Shown here: positions 60,346 to 64,000 of the stretch, piece by piece
Layout: each line of letters begins with the position of its first letter
Numbering within the stretch: the first letter of the stretch is position 1
From: Meiothermus sp.
Lineage (GTDB): Bacteria; Deinococcota; Deinococci; Deinococcales; Thermaceae
Direction of reading: 5' to 3'
Length of the DNA: 64,000 bases
NCBI GenBank assembly: GCA_033762915.1
Contig: JANRLD010000054.1
Coordinates: 1 to 64,000 of the forward strand
Position numbers and translations under genes: made by a program
Notes under the pieces: generated by a model
The model's database searches: none
What the model was told of the DNA's origin: nothing
What the model saw: only the letters and a program-made list of their open reading frames with translations

Positions 60346-61321
60346 CAGCCCGGACCGGATCGTCGACGACATGCTCGAGGGCTACGCCGCCGCCTACGGC
60401 GACCTAATCCGCTACGCTCCCGGAAGCCGCGTGGTGCTGCGGCGCGAGCCCAAGCGGGGCGGCGTGGGGCTGGTGATCGGCAATGGCTCGGGCCACGAGC
60501 CCATCGCGATGGGCTGGGTGGGGCACGGGATGCTCGACGCCAACGCAGTCGGCGACGTCTTCACCGCCCCCGGCCCCGAGCTGATCGTAGAGGCCCTCAG
60601 GGCTGCCGACCCCGGCGGGGGCTGCCTGCTGCTGATCTCCAACCATGCTGGCGACGTGATGAACGGGGAGCTAGCCGTGGAGATGGCCCGGGAAGAGGGG
60701 CTGAAGGTCGAGCCCCTGGTCATGTACGACGACATCTCCTCCGCCCCCAGGGGCCGCGAGCCCGAGCGGCGCGGCGCGCCCGGCACCACCTTCGTCTACA
60801 AGATCGTGGGAGCGCGGGCCGAGGAGGGGGCGGGTCTGGAGGAGCTGCTCCGGCTAGGCGAGAGGGTGCGCGACGCCACTCGGACCCTCGGCGTGGCCCT
60901 GTACCCGGGCACCTCCCCGCTGACCGGCGAGCCCATGTTCCACCTCGCGGAGGACGAGATTTTCATCGGCATGGGCGTACACGGCGAGGCCGGGTTCAGG
61001 AAGCAGAAGGTCGCACCCGCCGCCGAGGTGGTGCGCACCATGGCCGAGGCGCTGCTCGAGGACCTGCCCTTCGGGGCGGGCGACGAGGTGCTGGCCTTCG
61101 TCAACGGGGCGGGAGGTACCACCCTGGGCGAGCTGCTGGTGGCCTACCGGGAGTTGGACCGGGTGCTCGCGGAGCGGGGCATCCGTGCACACCGGCCGCT
61201 GGTGGGCAGCTACATCACCACCCAGGAGATGGGGGGCGTGTCGCTCTCGCTGTGCCGCGCCACCGACGAGTTCAAGCGCCTCTGGGACGCGCCCACCCGG
61301 GTGCCGTTCTTCCACCGCTGA
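60329..61321 (+). CDS. dhaK: Dihydroxyacetone-kinase-like K subunit
   Basis: MKKLIN, GSGHEP, G.VFT.P, GD.MN, G.G.HGE.G, T..EM.G.SLSL. Confidence 0.85.
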   Translation: MKKLINSPDRIVDDMLEGYAAAYGDLIRYAPGSRVVLRREPKRGGVGLVIGNGSGHEPIAMGWVGHGMLDANAVGDVFTAPGPELIVEALRAADPGGGCLLLISNHAGDVMNGELAVEMAREEGLKVEPLVMYDDISSAPRGREPERRGAPGTTFVYKIVGARAEEGAGLEELLRLGERVRDATRTLGVALYPGTSPLTGEPMFHLAEDEIFIGMGVHGEAGFRKQKVAPAAEVVRTMAEALLEDLPFGAGDEVLAFVNGAGGTTLGELLVAYRELDRVLAERGIRAHRPLVGSYITTQEMGGVSLSLCRATDEFKRLWDAPTRVPFFHR

Positions 61322-61332
61322 GGCCGCGGGCC

Positions 61333-62379
61333 GTGCGCGCGCTCACGGTGCTGGGTCCGGTGCCCGCCGATCGGCTCGGGCTAACCCTGATGCACGAGCA
61401 CCTGCTGTTCGACTTCTCGATGTGCCTGGCCGCGCCCAGCACCCCTGAGGAGCGGGCCTTGGCGTGCCAGCCGGTGCACGCCGGCATCCTGGGGGCGCTG
61501 CGCTTCAACCCCTGCTTGGTCGGCGACAACCTGGTGAACCGCGACACCGACCTGGCCGCCCGGGAGGCCCTCGAGTTTGTCGCCCAGGGCGGCCAAACCC
61601 TGGTTGACCCAACCAACGCCTCTATCGGGCGCGACCCGGCCGGCCTGGTGGCCATCGCCCGGGCCACCGGGCTGCACATCGTAATGGGCTCGGGATATTA
61701 CTACCAGGTCGCCCTCGACGAGGCCTTTGGGCAGCGCAGCCTCCAGAGTATCACCGACGAGATCGTGCGGGATGTGACCCTGGGCGTCGGCGAGACAGGG
61801 GTGCGGGCCGGGTTGATCGGCGAGATCGGCACCTCCGCGCCCATCACCCCTTCGGAAGAGAAGTCCCTGCGGGCCTCAGCCCAGGCCCAGGCCCGCACCG
61901 GCGCACCGCTGATGGTCCACCTCGACGGCTGGGGAAGGGAGGGGCACCGGGTCTTGGACCTGGTGGAGGCGGAGGGCGGCGACCTTGGGCGCACCGTGCT
62001 GTGCCACATGAACCCCTCCTGGTTCGACCTGGGCTACCAGTCCAGCCTGGCCGACCGGGGGGCTTACCTCGAGTACGACATGTTGGGAATCCATCACTTC
62101 TATCCGCCCGACCGCGCCAGCCCCGACGAGATGAGCGCCATCGGGGCCATTCGCGCACTGATCGAGCGGGGTCACCTCCGGCAGCTCCTGCTCAGCCAGG
62201 ACGTGTACCTGAAGATGATGTTCCGCCGCTATGGCGGTCACGGCTACGCCCACATCCTGGGCAACCTGCGGCCGTACTTCCGCCTTGGCGGCGTAGCCGA
62301 CGCGGAGCTCGAGGTCATGCTGCGGGACAACCCGCAGCGGGTGCTGGGCTTCCTGCCCGACGGGCCAGAGGAGGAGTGA
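61333..62379 (+). CDS. Phosphotriesterase-like amidohydrolase/lactonase
   Basis: TV.GP.....LG.TLMHEHL, IGEIGT, LCH, LLSQD. Confidence 0.9.
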   Translation: MRALTVLGPVPADRLGLTLMHEHLLFDFSMCLAAPSTPEERALACQPVHAGILGALRFNPCLVGDNLVNRDTDLAAREALEFVAQGGQTLVDPTNASIGRDPAGLVAIARATGLHIVMGSGYYYQVALDEAFGQRSLQSITDEIVRDVTLGVGETGVRAGLIGEIGTSAPITPSEEKSLRASAQAQARTGAPLMVHLDGWGREGHRVLDLVEAEGGDLGRTVLCHMNPSWFDLGYQSSLADRGAYLEYDMLGIHHFYPPDRASPDEMSAIGAIRALIERGHLRQLLLSQDVYLKMMFRRYGGHGYAHILGNLRPYFRLGGVADAELEVMLRDNPQRVLGFLPDGPEEE

Positions 62380-63150
62380 ATGGCGGGACTGCTTTCAGGC
62401 AAGGTGGCGGTGGTGACTGGGGCGGCGAGCGGGAACGGTCGGGCAATTGCGCTGGCCTTCGCACGGGAGGGGGCGGGCGTGGTCGTCGCCGACATTCGCC
62501 AGGACCCCCGAGAGGGGGGCACGCCGACCCACCAGCACATCGCCCACGAGACCGGCTCGCAGGCCCTGTACGTGCGCTGCGACGTGACCCAGCTTGCTGA
62601 CCTCGAGGCCGCCGTAGCCGCCGCCGACGCGCTGGGCGGGGTGGACATCCTGGTGAACAACGCGGGCATCCTCACCAAGCAGGGCGTGCTCGAGGCCAGC
62701 GAGGCCGATTTCGACCGGATGATGGCGGTCAACGTAAAGAGCGTCTACTTTGGCTCACAGGCCGCCGCCCGGCGCATGAAAGGCAAGGGCGGGGGCAGCA
62801 TCATCAACCTCTCGAGCATAGCCGGGCTGCGCGGCACCGGCGGCTACGCGCTCTACTGCGCCAGCAAAGGCGCGGTGCGGCTAATGACCTACGCCCTCGC
62901 CGACGAGCTGGGGCCGCTGGGCATCCGGGTCAACGCCCTCCACCCCGGCATCATCGAGACCCAGATGAACATCGCCGACGACCCGCTGATCGGCACCCAG
63001 GCCGGGGACTTCTACATGAACCTGATCCCCCTGCGGCGCTGGGGCCAGCCGGGCGAGGTGGCCGACGCGGCGGTGTTCCTGGCCAGCGACCAATCCGCCT
63101 ACGTCAGCGGGGCCTCGCTGGTGGTGGACGGGGGTTACCTGCGTAGTTGA
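62380..63150 (+). CDS. Short-chain dehydrogenase/reductase
   Basis: TGAASGNG, NNAG, YCASK, VDGG. Confidence 0.93.
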   Translation: MAGLLSGKVAVVTGAASGNGRAIALAFAREGAGVVVADIRQDPREGGTPTHQHIAHETGSQALYVRCDVTQLADLEAAVAAADALGGVDILVNNAGILTKQGVLEASEADFDRMMAVNVKSVYFGSQAAARRMKGKGGGSIINLSSIAGLRGTGGYALYCASKGAVRLMTYALADELGPLGIRVNALHPGIIETQMNIADDPLIGTQAGDFYMNLIPLRRWGQPGEVADAAVFLASDQSAYVSGASLVVDGGYLRS

Positions 63151-63672
63151 GCACGCAGTGGCGCTATAGATCGACTCTTCCCTACAGCGGTTTGCTGCCG
63201 TGATCTTGCCAATAGGTACAACTTGAGGCAACAAAAGTCGCCATTTTAGCGCCTCGTCAGGGCGATTTATCCGGGGTTCCCAGGCATACTCCCTAGAGCG
63301 GTTTTTGCTGTAGGTACATTGCCACCGCGAGAAAGGCAAGGGCGGGAACCGCGAAGGTTCTTGGCCGGCGACTATTCCTAGAGGCAGGGTGACTCGAGCG
63401 CTAAGTGCAGCTAGGTGAATCTGCAAGATCTGTAGGGCAAAACTTACATTCCTGACACAGTTCTCTATCGCTGCTTCGGTGCGGCATCTCGCAGTTAAAC
63501 TATTCAGGCCACTTTGACGCTAGAAGCCGCCTGGCCGCGCACTCGCTCTCGGACAAAAGCGCCCCGGCCGTACAAATGGCCCCTGCAGGTCGTCGGTACA
63601 CCCGCCGAACTCCAGGAGGCTCCGGCCGCTGTAGACCACCTCTTCAGGTTGGCCCTCCCCTATAACCGCCGC

Positions 63673-64000
63673 TCAGGCGGTGGCGTTGGAGTTGCCGGGC
63701 GCAAAGCGCTGCTTTAGGGCATGGGGTCCAAGGCGGTAACAGAAGTCGCCGAAGGCCTCGCCGTCGTGGCGCTCACGCTTGAACGCCGCCAGCACCGGCT
63801 CGAGTCGCGCTGCGATTTCCTCGCGCTTTACGTTGTCCAGGAATACCTCTCCCAGCCGCGTCCCCAGTCGGCTCCCGCCGAGGTACACCGTGTAGCTGTT
63901 CAGGCTTCGGCCCACCAGCCCTACCTCAGCGCTGTAGGGGCGGGCGCAGCCGTTGGGGCAGCCGGTCATGCGCACATGGGGGGCCGGTCCGTCTGCCAGC
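63673..64000 (-). CDS. Sulfite/nitrite reductase hemoprotein, C-terminal part (runs off the window)
   Basis: [17 protein letters not shown] siroheme/4Fe-4S motif; E.FGDF..R. Confidence 0.88.
   Translation of the reverse strand, partial: LADGPAPHVRMTGCPNGCARPYSAEVGLVGRSLNSYTVYLGGSRLGTRLGEVFLDNVKREEIAARLEPVLAAFKRERHDGEAFGDFCYRLGPHALKQRFAPGNSNATA

Noticed and set aside
63151..63672. Gene or IS remnant in the lower-GC spacer at the end of the catabolic cluster
   Set aside because: No interpretable translation or terminal repeats found; it may be an island boundary but the evidence is insufficient.

Overview
High-GC bacterial chromosome segment, most likely Thermaceae (Meiothermus/Calidithermus-like), judged from nqo15, -10 boxes placed directly in front of start codons, and overall gene content. 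(1) 0.25-7.5 kb is an accessory conflict/defence patch: an IS630 remnant, an apparent orphan integron cassette with half an attC site, an HSL-family esterase flanked by a 52-bp duplication, two-domain immunity-like proteins (Imm11+barstar-like; DUF7674-like+SLOG-like), an LRR protein and a Septu/PtuAB-like ATPase+HNH pair. (2) 7.6-17.3 kb holds fdhF-like/fdhD, DUF503, an AI-2E transporter, a lipoprotein, and nqo15 and uvrC separated by a ~490-bp inverted-repeat element. (3) 17.3-26.7 kb is an ilvB-ilvN-ilvC-leuA-cimA operon with inserted small genes and an unannotated Leu/Val/Ile leader-peptide attenuator. (4) 27-42.8 kb has envelope and repair genes (plsY-like, galE, sbcDC, MacB/LolE-type permeases, M66 peptidase). 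(5) 43-63.2 kb is a ~20-kb divergent GntR-controlled catabolic cluster of unknown substrate (P450, ADP-ribosylglycohydrolase, nucleoside hydrolase and phosphorylase, YnjB-type ABC importer, E1 alpha/beta without E2, DhaL/K, epimerases, aldolase with a stop codon). The window ends in a sulfite/nitrite reductase C-terminus. The palindrome CTCGAG is strongly over-represented and sits at three of the four ends of the two local duplications. All product calls come from motif recognition by eye; no database searches were run.
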